In this document: positions 36,978 to 45,732 of the stretch, one piece after another
Position numbering within the stretch: position 1 is the first letter of the stretch
How the letters are laid out: every line of letters begins with the position of its first letter
Source of the DNA: a virus
Taxonomy: Duplodnaviria > Caudoviricetes
Length of the DNA stretch: 46,813 nt
IMG/VR virus record: IMGVR_UViG_3300044711_000058
Coordinates: 1 to 46,813 of that record
Reading direction: 5' to 3' (one strand)
Program-made: the position numbers and the translations under genes
Notes under the pieces: generated by a model
Database searches by the model: none
Told to the model about the DNA's origin: nothing
What the model saw: the letters and a program-made list of their open reading frames with translations, nothing else

Positions 36978-37184
36978 TCATGCGCTCAACCCCAGCGTGC
37001 CGTCAATCGTAATGCGTACGTCTTCGACATCAAGGCAGTTTGTCGAGTTTCCAGTGATCGCTCCGTATAGTATTTGCGCGAGCGCGGTGGGAATCCCGGT
37101 CTCGTTGACGGTCACGCGCTTCACCTCCTTGGCCGTAGTAACGAACGAAATTGTCACCTCGTGGTATTCGACTTCACGTTTCAC
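36978..37184 (-). CDS. Hypothetical protein
   Basis: AGGAGG RBS. Confidence 0.6.
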   Translation of the reverse strand: MKREVEYHEVTISFVTTAKEVKRVTVNETGIPTALAQILYGAITGNSTNCLDVEDVRITIDGTLGLSA

Positions 37185-37212
37185 GGTTTCCTCCTGCGCG
37201 CCGCGCTCTTGT

Positions 37213-37587
37213 TCACTCCTTCACGTCCAGTTCGCACGGACGGTTGTAGATCGAGTTGTGCTGTTGATCAATAAGACCGGCCAACTCGGCAACGCCAAAG
37301 ACGTTTCGGTTGAGCGAAACCAGCCCTCGCACCGCCGCGGCGAAGCGGGCGTCACGCTCGGCACGCTGTTCCAGTTCGGCGAACTCGCGTTGAAGTCCTG
37401 CGAGCGCGTGAATCTCGTCGTGCATCGTCAGGATGATTTGCACGGCGACATGCGCGACGGCTAGCAGTGGATCGGGCGATGTTGGGTAGCTGGACCGTGT
37501 GGCGAACTCCAGCACCTCCCGTGCGCTGTTGCGATCAATGCCTTCTGGTAACTGGAGCGCTCGGCGCTCAGCGCGGACGAAGTTCAT
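37213..37587 (-). CDS. Hypothetical helical protein
   Basis: GGGAG RBS, ATGA coupling; MNFVRAERRALQLP. Confidence 0.6.
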   Translation of the reverse strand: MNFVRAERRALQLPEGIDRNSAREVLEFATRSSYPTSPDPLLAVAHVAVQIILTMHDEIHALAGLQREFAELEQRAERDARFAAAVRGLVSLNRNVFGVAELAGLIDQQHNSIYNRPCELDVKE

Positions 37588-37763
37588 TCCGTACTCCCGC
37601 TCGGCAGTGCATTCGCGCATTTGGTGTGAATGCGCCGCGCGTATCCACCGTCGTAGTACGTTTCGCCCAACCGAATGTCGCCGCCGCAAAGCTCGCAATA
37701 GTGCAGGGTGCGGCAGGTCCGTATCGGGTACTTCCGCCAATCCGGCGGCTTGCGCATATTCAC
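37584..37763 (-). CDS. Small zinc-finger protein (not in ORF track)
   Basis: GGAGG RBS; HYCELCGGDIRLGETY...HTKC, similar to 43529-43825. Confidence 0.65.
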   Translation of the reverse strand: MNMRKPPDWRKYPIRTCRTLHYCELCGGDIRLGETYYDGGYARRIHTKCANALPSGSTE

Positions 37764-39442
37764 CCGCCACCTCCACTCGGCCTAATCCGTCCCGGCTCCG
37801 TCTTCCAGAGCCATCCACCGGGACCGGGGATGATGTGCGGCTCCTTCCCCGGAACCAACGGCTCGCAGGGATAGAAGAATTGAAACCAACACTCGTGACC
37901 CGGCTCGCATCCGATTGGTGACACGCGCCAGAATACAGGCTCATGATCGTTCCACTGCACCATGACCGCTTCGAGCTGCGGCCTGACCTTCCCTGCTGGC
38001 CAGCCTTCAAGCGGGCCGTACTTCGGACAGACGCCGTGGATCGGGTAGAACTTCGAATAAAGCAGCGACGGGTAACCCTGATCACAGAGCCACCGCGTCA
38101 CATTGGAGTCGGTCGGCCGCCCGTTCTGGTACCACCGCAGGACGATGTCTCCGCCGGCGCAATCTGCCAAGTACGAGTAGGCCGTACACGCTTCAGCCGA
38201 GTAGTTCGCGCAGATGTTCACTGCCCACGAACTGGCCTTCTCCGCTGCCGCCATCCATGCGGCGTTCGTGATGTGTGGCGCGTCGGAGTGCGCAGCGTAG
38301 ACATAGGTGATGCAGTCACGCCAACGGGCCGAGTTGATTGCTGTCTCGCTGACTCCTGAAGATCTGGCAACGGCACGCGGTGCAACGGCCCCAACCGCCG
38401 CCGACTCGGATGTGAACGAAGCGGATGCAGTCGCAGATGCAGCGCTCGCGGTCCCCGGCATGAACGGAGGGATCTCGGTCCACTTTCGGTTTACCCATGG
38501 GTCGATTCCTTGTTGACCCGAAGCAGCGCGTTGTTCTCTGCCCGCAGTATCTCGATCGAGTTGCCGATCGGTCGTAGAAGATCCTCCGACAGCGTCGGAC
38601 CCTTCGCTGCCAGCGCGATGACGATCGCCTCCTGGAGCGGCAGGATTGCGGTCCAGAGCTGATTCAACTGCTCGCGGATTTCCTTGGTCACCATTGCGTA
38701 CTCCTTTCGCCGTAGAGCTACACGTCGCGTTCCACACGAAGTGGAGTTCGGACGGATGTGAGATAGCCTCGAACTGGTAAACGCCGCTCGCGTTGAATGG
38801 GGCCTCACCTTCCCATGTGGCCCGGCCCGAGACGTAGGTCAAGGTGCGGCGCCGGGCCGGTGCGCTCGTCGGCCAGATATCGACCGACTTGTCACCTGCG
38901 ATTGGGACGGTTGGGGAGGCGACGAGACAGGCGGTGTTGCTCGCCGCCGTGATCACGCCCGCCGATAGTCGGCCCTCCGCTGCCGCATAACCCGTAACTC
39001 CTCGCTGATCTCGGCCACCTCCGCTTCGCAACGATCGAGATCGATCTCCGACTTCTCGACGGCCTTCGCCATCCTGTTGATCGCCAGCAGGATTCTCGTG
39101 CGCGACTGATTGTCGAGGTAACTCGACGGCATCGCTAACCTCCTTCTGTAAATCCGCCGCAGGCGCACTCAAATCCGTACGCAGCATGACGCCTGCGGCG
39201 GTGGGAGTTGGGGTTATCCGCGTTCGACCATTCACCACCCCCTTATCCGAATCTCGCCGAGGTGCATCAGCTGCACCGCCATACAACGGCAGCTTCGATG
39301 AAGTCCAGTTCTTCACCTCGGCCTGCTGATGCACCTCGGCCGGATGCGGAGATCGGCCCTTACAGCTGCCGAGCGGGAGGGTGAGCATGGCCGCCATGAA
39401 CGCGGCGATGGAGATGGCGGCGCCTTTCGATTCGGTGGTCAT
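37760..39442 (-). CDS. Long ORF, lipoprotein-like N-terminus and Cys/Trp-rich C-terminus, containing nested genes
   Basis: ATGA coupling; LTLPLGSC lipobox-like; uninterrupted 560 codons. Confidence 0.5.
   Translation of the reverse strand: MTTESKGAAISIAAFMAAMLTLPLGSCKGRSPHPAEVHQQAEVKNWTSSKLPLYGGAADAPRRDSDKGVVNGRTRITPTPTAAGVMLRTDLSAPAADLQKEVSDAVELPRQSVAHENPAGDQQDGEGRREVGDRSRSLRSGGGRDQRGVTGYAAAEGRLSAGVITAASNTACLVASPTVPIAGDKSVDIWPTSAPARRRTLTYVSGRATWEGEAPFNASGVYQFEAISHPSELHFVWNATCSSTAKGVRNGDQGNPRAVESALDRNPAAPGGDRHRAGSEGSDAVGGSSTTDRQLDRDTAGREQRAASGQQGIDPWVNRKWTEIPPFMPGTASAASATASASFTSESAAVGAVAPRAVARSSGVSETAINSARWRDCITYVYAAHSDAPHITNAAWMAAAEKASSWAVNICANYSAEACTAYSYLADCAGGDIVLRWYQNGRPTDSNVTRWLCDQGYPSLLYSKFYPIHGVCPKYGPLEGWPAGKVRPQLEAVMVQWNDHEPVFWRVSPIGCEPGHECWFQFFYPCEPLVPGKEPHIIPGPGGWLWKTEPGRIRPSGGGG
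38316..38498 (-). CDS. Nested zinc-finger protein
   Basis: AAGGA RBS; CICDC...H...CTACRCQIF. Confidence 0.55.
   Translation of the reverse strand: MGKPKVDRDPSVHAGDRERCICDCIRFVHIRVGGGWGRCTACRCQIFRSQRDSNQLGPLA
38491..38694 (-). CDS. Nested helical protein
   Basis: AAAGGAG RBS; MVTKEIREQLNQLW. Confidence 0.6.
   Translation of the reverse strand: MVTKEIREQLNQLWTAILPLQEAIVIALAAKGPTLSEDLLRPIGNSIEILRAENNALLRVNKESTHG
38953..39132 (-). CDS. Nested coiled-coil protein
   Basis: AAGGAGGT RBS; MPSSYLDNQSRTRILLAI. Confidence 0.6.
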   Translation of the reverse strand: MPSSYLDNQSRTRILLAINRMAKAVEKSEIDLDRCEAEVAEISEELRVMRQRRADYRRA

Positions 39443-39705
39443 TCGCTTCCCTTCATTCGTCTGATCGCGCCGCGCAGAGCAGCATTGGATCGCTCGGCCG
39501 TTTCGGCACGCGTGCATTGCTGCTTCTCTCGGTCTTCGGCGCTACGAATCCGATCGGCAGCCGAATTGCCGTAGGTCGGCATGTGGCCGTTCGGGCAGAA
39601 TCGTGTGCTGCCAAACGAGTTCCATAACTCGTTTGGCATGCCGTATAACACGCCACAGTGCTTGCACACGATGACGATCAGGTCGGTCTGAATCAATACC
39701 GTCAT
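39439..39705 (-). CDS. Zinc-finger/coiled-coil protein
   Basis: CKHCG...FCPNGH...SNAALRGAI. Confidence 0.7.
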   Translation of the reverse strand: MTVLIQTDLIVIVCKHCGVLYGMPNELWNSFGSTRFCPNGHMPTYGNSAADRIRSAEDREKQQCTRAETAERSNAALRGAIRRMKGSE

Positions 39706-40175
39706 CACTTCCCCTTCGCGTCCTGAAGTGCGGCGACCCAGCAGCCGTCGCGGTGTAACTGCCGGCCGCGCCGCCACTCTGAGCCATGGCCAGTATCGGC
39801 TTCACGAGCCGGGAGAGGATGGCACATCGGGCAGGTGTCATAGGCAGCAAAATGCGCGGCGGCCTCCCGCAGCTTCGACTCCAGTGAGGCGATCTCGGCA
39901 AGCAGGAACTCGGCGTACGTCGCGCCGATCATCACGTCGATCTCGGATGACTCGATGATGACGCGGTAGAAGTCGCGGATGTTATCGACGGTCAGCGGGC
40001 CGAAATATTCAGTGATGTACTCGCGTGTGTAGATGCGCGGATACTCTTCCTCGGGATGGTGACGTGCGATGTGCTCATCCAGCTTGCCATCCTCGTAGAG
40101 TGCTGAGTGAAAGGCCGAGGGGCCGTCAAGCGAGATAACGCACAGCTTGTTCGTGGGGATGTCGGAGTCGGTCAT
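39705..40175 (-). CDS. Hypothetical protein
   Basis: ATGA coupling; CPMC...HRDGC. Confidence 0.6.
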   Translation of the reverse strand: MTDSDIPTNKLCVISLDGPSAFHSALYEDGKLDEHIARHHPEEEYPRIYTREYITEYFGPLTVDNIRDFYRVIIESSEIDVMIGATYAEFLLAEIASLESKLREAAAHFAAYDTCPMCHPLPAREADTGHGSEWRRGRQLHRDGCWVAALQDAKGK

Positions 40176-40387
40176 GATCGGGCCTCGCGTTCCATCTCGT
40201 TCCACATATCCGCGATGGCTGCTTCGTTGGCGTCTTCCTGCGCGGCCTGTTCAGCGTTCGCTCGTTCGCACGCCACTGGGTCAGCGCATCCGCCATCGAG
40301 AGCCCACGCGCCGCACTGCTGGCAACGCCCGTTGCCTTGCGCCGGGCCGCATGATCCGCAGTAGAGATCACCGCACATGCATCTCAT
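40172..40387 (-). CDS. Cys-rich small protein
   Basis: CMCGDLYCGSCGP, CQQC. Confidence 0.65.
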   Translation of the reverse strand: MRCMCGDLYCGSCGPAQGNGRCQQCGAWALDGGCADPVACERANAEQAAQEDANEAAIADMWNEMEREARS

Positions 40388-40605
40388 AGGTGAGCCTTCA
40401 GTTCAGCCTTGCCGTCTCGTGTGAGGCGCCACGCCGACACGAACCCGCCACTTTCGCTACGCATCGAACAACCCTCGACGAGGCCCTGCCTCACGAGGGA
40501 GTTAACCGTGCTCTTCGCCGCGAACAAGCCGAGCCATGTGGCCGACACCTTGCCGCGGCTGTCGATCGCGATGAGTGCATTGTGCTGCGCATCGGATAGC
40601 TTCAT
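40384..40605 (-). CDS. Small winged-helix-like protein
   Basis: MKLSDAQ...TVNSLVRQGLV...WRLTRDGK. Confidence 0.65.
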   Translation of the reverse strand: MKLSDAQHNALIAIDSRGKVSATWLGLFAAKSTVNSLVRQGLVEGCSMRSESGGFVSAWRLTRDGKAELKAHL

Positions 40606-40808
40606 TTCGCCTTCCCTCCGTTCCCGCGCTTACGACCTCGGGACTCACGATCTCGGGTGATCTGTTCGCTCAACGCGCGTCTGATGTATTCCGAACGGTC
40701 ACGCTCTGCTACGTTCTCGTCGAGGAACGCTCGCTGTTCGTCGGTGAGCTTCACGTTAACGCCGCGCATCGGCTGATGGCGCAGGCGGATCTTTTCGGCG
40801 GCGGTCAT
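40602..40808 (-). CDS. Ribbon-helix-helix regulator
   Basis: VNVKLTDEQRAFLD...DRSEYIRRAL. Confidence 0.75.
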   Translation of the reverse strand: MTAAEKIRLRHQPMRGVNVKLTDEQRAFLDENVAERDRSEYIRRALSEQITRDRESRGRKRGNGGKAK

Positions 40809-41092
40809 GCGGCGATGCTCCGCGCCGTGTACGGATGGCTGTACCAGTCGGGAGCGAATGTGCAGGTAGCGTTTGGCGCGGGCCAGTGACGTGCGTCGGC
40901 GGCGGCCGCGTTGCAGACCGCGCCATCGGTGGCGATGAACTGACATCCCACGCGCGGCTCCTCCTTCGGAACGAAGTCGTACGCGTCGCAGTTGAGACAC
41001 TCGACGCGCGTAAGGTTCAGCGCCCGAAGTCGCTGTGAGCCGCACCGCATACACTTTCGGATGAACCGATCGTTGTTGCAGAACTCGTTCAT
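40805..41092 (-). CDS. Zinc-finger protein, probably leaderless
   Basis: CMRCG...CLNC; ATG 6 nt after -10 box. Confidence 0.6.
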   Translation of the reverse strand: MNEFCNNDRFIRKCMRCGSQRLRALNLTRVECLNCDAYDFVPKEEPRVGCQFIATDGAVCNAAAADARHWPAPNATCTFAPDWYSHPYTARSIAA

Positions 41093-41098
41093 GCCGAC

Positions 41099-41195
41099 AT
41101 CTTAGGCTCGCATCGGCACTCCGTCAAGTGGCTCGTAAAATATTTCTGGGCGTAGCGCGAAAGGTATTGCATTCCGTCCGCACGTGACCTATCTT
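41099..41195. promoter_or_regulatory. Divergent sigma70-like promoter pair
   Basis: - strand TTGACG-17-TAAGAT (41127-41099); + strand TTGCAT-17-TATCTT (41167-41195). Confidence 0.7.
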
Positions 41196-41221
41196 TGTCC
41201 TCGTACATGGAGGAGAGAGCG

Positions 41222-41434
41222 ATGGCAACACGGTGCTGGACATGCAGCAAGCCAATTGATACCGCAGCCGACACCTTCATCAAGGTTGACGAGTTCGGGC
41301 CGCGCATCGAGATGCCTGATTCTCCAGAAGATCCCAGCTTCACCGCGTGCTCGTGGCGTTGCGTGGCGGAGCAGGCGACGGACATCGCAGCCGATCTCGC
41401 GGATGCTGTCGAACTGCCCGGAGGTGAGGAGTGA
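41222..41434 (+). CDS. Small zinc-finger protein
   Basis: GGAGGAG RBS; CWTC...CSWRC. Confidence 0.7.
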   Translation: MATRCWTCSKPIDTAADTFIKVDEFGPRIEMPDSPEDPSFTACSWRCVAEQATDIAADLADAVELPGGEE

Positions 41435-41643
41435 GCCAGTCAGCTCTTGCGAAGTGCCCATTCTGCGGCAACACGCCTGCATCAGTCTCGGCGGAGATCA
41501 CTGGATCAGCCTCCACGTACGTGCGCGCGGTCTGCTGCGGTGGCTCGTGGTGGGTCGAGTGTGGCGGTTGTGGCGCACGCGGCCCGCAGTACGACCACGA
41601 AAACATCGCAGTCAGAACTTGGAATCAGCGAGTCGCGTCATGA
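41431..41643 (+). CDS. lar: Lar-family restriction alleviation protein
   Basis: LAKCPFCG...VECGGCGARGP...AVRTWNQR. Confidence 0.75.
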   Translation: MSQSALAKCPFCGNTPASVSAEITGSASTYVRAVCCGGSWWVECGGCGARGPQYDHENIAVRTWNQRVAS

Positions 41644-42056
41644 CCCTCACCCACACCAAGGGATACCAAGACGTTCTGGAAGCCGTGAAGGAGAGGGCGA
41701 AGAAGAAGGCGAAAGCATTCGGGCGCTCGCTGGTCACGGTGTCGGCTGAAGAGGTGATCCGGCGCCTAGGCTCGTTGACCGACGCTCAGGTGACGTTGGC
41801 GCATGGGGATGCCGAGGTCGTGCAACTTTCGCAGGACGAGTTGTCCGAACTTCATCTCCTCTTCGCCGAGGACTTCCTCCACCACTACCGCTACGAACTG
41901 GAACAGGTCAGGCAGGAGAGGGCCAGCACGGAAGAGAAGGTAGAGATGGCGAAGGAAGGCATCTGCGTTGAGCCGTGCGGCGTGTGCAACAAGCGACAGT
42001 GCGACGGAAGTCACCCGGGCAGCTCGGGCATACATCTCTGTGGGGAGTGCTTCTGA
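41640..42056 (+). CDS. Hypothetical protein with C-terminal zinc finger
   Basis: ATGA coupling; CGVC...LCGECF. Confidence 0.6.
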   Translation: MTLTHTKGYQDVLEAVKERAKKKAKAFGRSLVTVSAEEVIRRLGSLTDAQVTLAHGDAEVVQLSQDELSELHLLFAEDFLHHYRYELEQVRQERASTEEKVEMAKEGICVEPCGVCNKRQCDGSHPGSSGIHLCGECF

Positions 42057-42190
42057 TGACCGTCCATCTCGTCTGCCCCGACTGCCACGCCTACATGCCC
42101 GTAGCTGCTGAAAGAGATGACTTCTCCGGTGAATGGTGGCCGATCTCGAATGATGTACCGAAGCACGGATGTGAAGGAGTGAAGCTGTGA
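42056..42190 (+). CDS. Small zinc-binding protein
   Basis: CPDC...HGC; coupled both sides. Confidence 0.55.
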   Translation: MTVHLVCPDCHAYMPVAAERDDFSGEWWPISNDVPKHGCEGVKL

Positions 42191-42813
42191 AGATTGAGAA
42201 AGAGTCGGTGTGCGGGCGCCTCGGCGTGACGTCGTTCGATGAGACGACGTTAGCCAAAGTCCTTCGGCGTTTGCCCGGCGTCGAAGTCGGCGGCCCGTGG
42301 CTGGCCGGTGGCGCGGTGCGGCGCACGCTCGGGGGCGAGAAGCTGGATAGCGATTTCGACTTCTTCTTTGCGTCGAAAGAGCAGGCCGAGGCGTTCGCCG
42401 AGGCCATCATGTCGGCGGGTGGTATCCGTACGGCGCAGCGCGAGAAGGCTAGCACGTTTATCGTCCCCGCCGAGTCGCCGGAAGAAGACGTGTTCCTGCC
42501 GGAGATCACGGTGCAGGCGATTACGTTCGCTTATTTCACCGATCCGGAAGCGGTGATCGACTCGTTTGACTTCACGCTGTCGCAGTTCGCGTTTGACGGC
42601 GAATCTCTCTACGTCGGCCCGTTCTCGTTGTGGGATGTGGCGCGACGGCGGATCGTGGTCAATAAGGTGACCTACGGCGTGTCCACCGTGCGCCGCCTGC
42701 TGAAGTACACGAAGCAGGGCTACACGGTCTGCTCGGGCGCGCTGGCGACGATCCTGACGGAAGTCGTCGAACACCCCGAAGTGATCCACGCTGAGACGCA
42801 TTACATCGATTGA
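42187..42813 (+). CDS. Nucleotidyltransferase (poly(A) polymerase/CCA head-like)
   Basis: WLAGGAVRR, SDFDFFF (DxD), FDFT, RLLKYTKQGY. Confidence 0.8.
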   Translation: MKIEKESVCGRLGVTSFDETTLAKVLRRLPGVEVGGPWLAGGAVRRTLGGEKLDSDFDFFFASKEQAEAFAEAIMSAGGIRTAQREKASTFIVPAESPEEDVFLPEITVQAITFAYFTDPEAVIDSFDFTLSQFAFDGESLYVGPFSLWDVARRRIVVNKVTYGVSTVRRLLKYTKQGYTVCSGALATILTEVVEHPEVIHAETHYID

Positions 42814-43076
42814 CTCCCATGACCAACGTCACTCACATGGTCTGCTACCGCCCCTCTCCAGAAGCGGAACTAAGCAGGGAGGAACGAGCCGTATTGAGAA
42901 CCGTGAAGGATGCTCGCGGGTTGTTCTTGAGTCGTGGCCTGTCCTGCTGTGACGTGATGCAGCGTCTGAGCTGGAACGGGGCCGAGGCGCATGCAACAGT
43001 GCAGGCCATCTTTGAATCGCTGGAGCGGTTAGGATTGGTTAAGAAGTTGACGAGTGGGAACTATCGGAGGAAGTGA
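42810..43076 (+). CDS. Small winged-helix-like protein
   Basis: LSREERAVL...SLERLGLVKK...YR. Confidence 0.55.
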   Translation: MTPMTNVTHMVCYRPSPEAELSREERAVLRTVKDARGLFLSRGLSCCDVMQRLSWNGAEAHATVQAIFESLERLGLVKKLTSGNYRRK

Positions 43077-43339
43077 TGGCTAAGAAGAAGGCTGAGCGGG
43101 TCAATTTCGGGGAGCGGTTCGTGCCAATCGGCTTACCCGAGGGCTCTAACGGTATTGCGGCGTTACTGAACTGCGGGGTATGCGCCGCGCCCGGTGTGAC
43201 ATATGAGGAAGCGTTAGGGTACGTGCGCAGAACAAATCCAGCAGGTACATCGAATAACTGGGTGGCAATCGAAGACGGCCCGAACACGGTCGATTGTCCG
43301 GACGTGCCGGGGCGGAAGCACTATGTCTTCACCTGCTGA
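43076..43339 (+). CDS. Hypothetical protein
   Basis: GGAGG RBS; PAGTSNNW...CPDVPGRKHYVFTC. Confidence 0.65.
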   Translation: MAKKKAERVNFGERFVPIGLPEGSNGIAALLNCGVCAAPGVTYEEALGYVRRTNPAGTSNNWVAIEDGPNTVDCPDVPGRKHYVFTC

Positions 43340-43532
43340 CCCTCTCAACCCTTCCGCCTCTCCAGAACGGAGAGCGCGAGCGGAAGCCTTCGAACGTCTG
43401 TTCTGGAAGCAAGGCGCAGCGGTACGCGAGCATGGCGCGGGGTGGCATGAACTCAGCTTAGCGGCGTGGCTGCTGGCGTGTGAGTACCAAGAGCGCGAAT
43501 TGTATCGGCTTGAGCATGGCAAGGACATGTGA
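43323..43532 (+). CDS. Hypothetical protein
   Basis: Fills gap, coupled downstream. Confidence 0.5.
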   Translation: MSSPADPLNPSASPERRARAEAFERLFWKQGAAVREHGAGWHELSLAAWLLACEYQERELYRLEHGKDM

Positions 43533-43825
43533 TGTGTGACTATCCCGACTTCAGCACGGAGACCTACCCGCGCGCCCGAAAGGCTCACGAGTGCGAGGAA
43601 TGCGGTCAGGAGATTCGCATCGGCACGACGTACGTTCGGATCGCCGGGAAGTTCGACGGAGCGATGTTCTGCTTCAAGATGCATGAGCCCTGCTACGAAC
43701 TCTTCCAGCTGGTAGCCGGCGAGTCGGGCATCGAGTACGGCTGTCTCGATACCGAGATCAAGGACCGCGGCGACGAAGCGCTTTCGAATGAATGGGAGCA
43801 CATCAAGCGGGTGGTCGCGTCATGA
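43529..43825 (+). CDS. Zinc-finger protein
   Basis: RARKAHECEECGQEIRIGTTY...HEPC. Confidence 0.7.
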   Translation: MMCDYPDFSTETYPRARKAHECEECGQEIRIGTTYVRIAGKFDGAMFCFKMHEPCYELFQLVAGESGIEYGCLDTEIKDRGDEALSNEWEHIKRVVAS

Positions 43826-44241
43826 TCTCGAAACGCTTGCGCAACATCATGCCAAATGGCGGAGGAGGACGTGGCAACAGCGGCCGAACCTCCCGCGTGA
43901 TCGATGAGCCTTACATGGCTTGGATACGTGAGCAGACGTGCTTGTTGCGTCTTCTCGGCCTCGTCGAGAAGGGTTTGGTCATTCCCTGCTGGGGACGCGT
44001 CCAGTGCGCCCACGTGAAGAGCCGAGGCGCCGGAGGTGGGGACGATCAGACCATCCCGCTGTGCGTCAGGCATCACGGCTTCCAGCATCAGCGAGGTATT
44101 ACGAGAATCTTCACGAGCAGTGAAGTTCAGTACGTGCAGAAAGAGTGGGGCGTTGATCTACTGGCGGAAGCGAGAGCACTGCGCGCCATCTACGAGAATC
44201 AGCACGCTGAGGTTCTAGCGGAACAGGAGGAGAAGAGATGA
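43822..44241 (+). CDS. HNH-type nuclease (DUF968-like)
   Basis: YMAWIREQTC...AHVKSRGAGGGD...IPLCVRHH..QH. Confidence 0.75.
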   Translation: MISKRLRNIMPNGGGGRGNSGRTSRVIDEPYMAWIREQTCLLRLLGLVEKGLVIPCWGRVQCAHVKSRGAGGGDDQTIPLCVRHHGFQHQRGITRIFTSSEVQYVQKEWGVDLLAEARALRAIYENQHAEVLAEQEEKR

Positions 44242-44453
44242 CGGTCAAGATTGGCGATCGCGTCGAGATTGAGCAGGCGTGGGAAGACGATGATGGTTTC
44301 TTTCACGCTGCATTCGCTGAAGTGATCGGCATCGCGGACGACGGCGAACTGCGCCTCCGGTTCGAGGAGAAGGCGGTGGACGATTTTTACGGCAACGGTG
44401 CCGTGGGCGCTGGCTTCACCGAAGCCGATGTTGAGGTGGTGGAGGCGCGGTGA
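44238..44453 (+). CDS. SH3/KOW-like small protein
   Basis: VKIGDRVEI...AEVIGI; AGGAGG RBS. Confidence 0.6.
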   Translation: MTVKIGDRVEIEQAWEDDDGFFHAAFAEVIGIADDGELRLRFEEKAVDDFYGNGAVGAGFTEADVEVVEAR

Positions 44454-44650
44454 GCAGCGATCCCCGGCTCTGCGAGAACTGCGGCATGGGAAAGCTCGGG
44501 TGTGAGTTAGTGGCTGGAGTTCGCGACGGGTTAGCACGCATCGGCGTAGCTCAGGGCCCATGCTGTTCTAACTGCAAGCACCCTGAACCAAGAGAATCGA
44601 AACGAAGTGATGTTGCTCCTCGTGTGGAGCGGAAGGAGCTGGTGAACTGA
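44450..44650 (+). CDS. Cys-rich small protein
   Basis: CENCG...C...CCSNCKH. Confidence 0.6.
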   Translation: MSSDPRLCENCGMGKLGCELVAGVRDGLARIGVAQGPCCSNCKHPEPRESKRSDVAPRVERKELVN

Positions 44651-44892
44651 TGACCGCCGTAATCGTGGGGTCGTGCGTATTGGTGGCGATGCTACTGGCG
44701 TTTCTGTTCTTCATCAGTTCGGAGCGCGCCGTAACTCTGCATTGGCGTCACACGTGGTCCAAGTGGGAGATGTTCGAACAGCCGGTGATCCTATTTAAGT
44801 TCACCGACGCGTCTCAGAAGGTAACCGGCGTTGATCGCATGCAGCGGCGACACTGCGAGGTGTGCAACTTCACTCAGGAGCGGGTGATCTGA
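44650..44892 (+). CDS. Membrane-anchored small zinc-binding protein
   Basis: N-terminal TM; HTWSKW...QRRHCEVC. Confidence 0.65.
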   Translation: MTAVIVGSCVLVAMLLAFLFFISSERAVTLHWRHTWSKWEMFEQPVILFKFTDASQKVTGVDRMQRRHCEVCNFTQERVI

Positions 44893-45728
44893 TGCAGAAA
44901 GAAATCCGCCGCGTTGCCGATCGCGAGAACGACACGCTCTGCATCACGACCGACGATGAGCGGTTCTATGGGCGCGAGCTGCCCGACCCAGCGACTGGCG
45001 TCCCGCGCCGCGTGTGGGTTCCATCGATCACGTTCATCTGCTCGATGGTCCCGGCAGATAAGCAGCTCGCGGAGTACCGAGAAAAGCTCGGGACCGACGC
45101 AGCGGACGCCTACATGCGACTCCGGGGCGATCGAGGAACCAAGATCCACGAAGGCTCCACCATGATGCTGAACGGGGAGCAGATCGACTGCGAAAAGACG
45201 CTCTTCCGCAACCGGAGTACGGATCAAATGGAAGCGCTTCGGGCTGACGAGATCGAGTGCCTGATGGCCTTCGCCGACTGGCATAAGTGCGCCATCACCG
45301 GGAAGACTCACGACGCGAGCAAGCGAAGAATCCTCCCGGGCGGCTACGAGATCATCGGATGGGATGAATTGCTGTGGGATAAAGAGAACCGCTTCGCCGG
45401 AACGCTCGATATCCGCGCTCGTCGCCTCTTAGATGGCAAAGTGGGCGTGATCGACGAGAAGAACACGAAGGGCATCTACAAGTCGCACCGTGCGCAGGTC
45501 TGTGGCTACCGGCGAGCTGACCCGACGCTCGAATGGGGAGCAATCCTCCGTCTCGGTGGCGGCAACAAGCGGGGATGGTTCTTCGAAGAGGTTCCCGACA
45601 AGAAGTTCCGCCTGTTCGACGCAGCATATGAGAACTGGCTCGATGAGTACGGCGAAGAAGACTTCGTCTTTCAACGCGACTACCCCCTAACCCTATCCCT
45701 AAAGAACCCACCACTGAGGAGCGAGTAG
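44892..45728 (+). CDS. PD-(D/E)XK exonuclease (RecB/Cas4-like)
   Basis: PSITFI, RGTKIH, FAGTLD, VIDEKN, AQVCGY. Confidence 0.85.
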   Translation: MQKEIRRVADRENDTLCITTDDERFYGRELPDPATGVPRRVWVPSITFICSMVPADKQLAEYREKLGTDAADAYMRLRGDRGTKIHEGSTMMLNGEQIDCEKTLFRNRSTDQMEALRADEIECLMAFADWHKCAITGKTHDASKRRILPGGYEIIGWDELLWDKENRFAGTLDIRARRLLDGKVGVIDEKNTKGIYKSHRAQVCGYRRADPTLEWGAILRLGGGNKRGWFFEEVPDKKFRLFDAAYENWLDEYGEEDFVFQRDYPLTLSLKNPPLRSE

Positions 45729-45732
45729 AGAG

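Noticed and set aside
44892-45728. Cas4 as part of a CRISPR system
   Set aside because: No Fe-S cysteine cluster, cas genes or array; ordinary phage exonuclease
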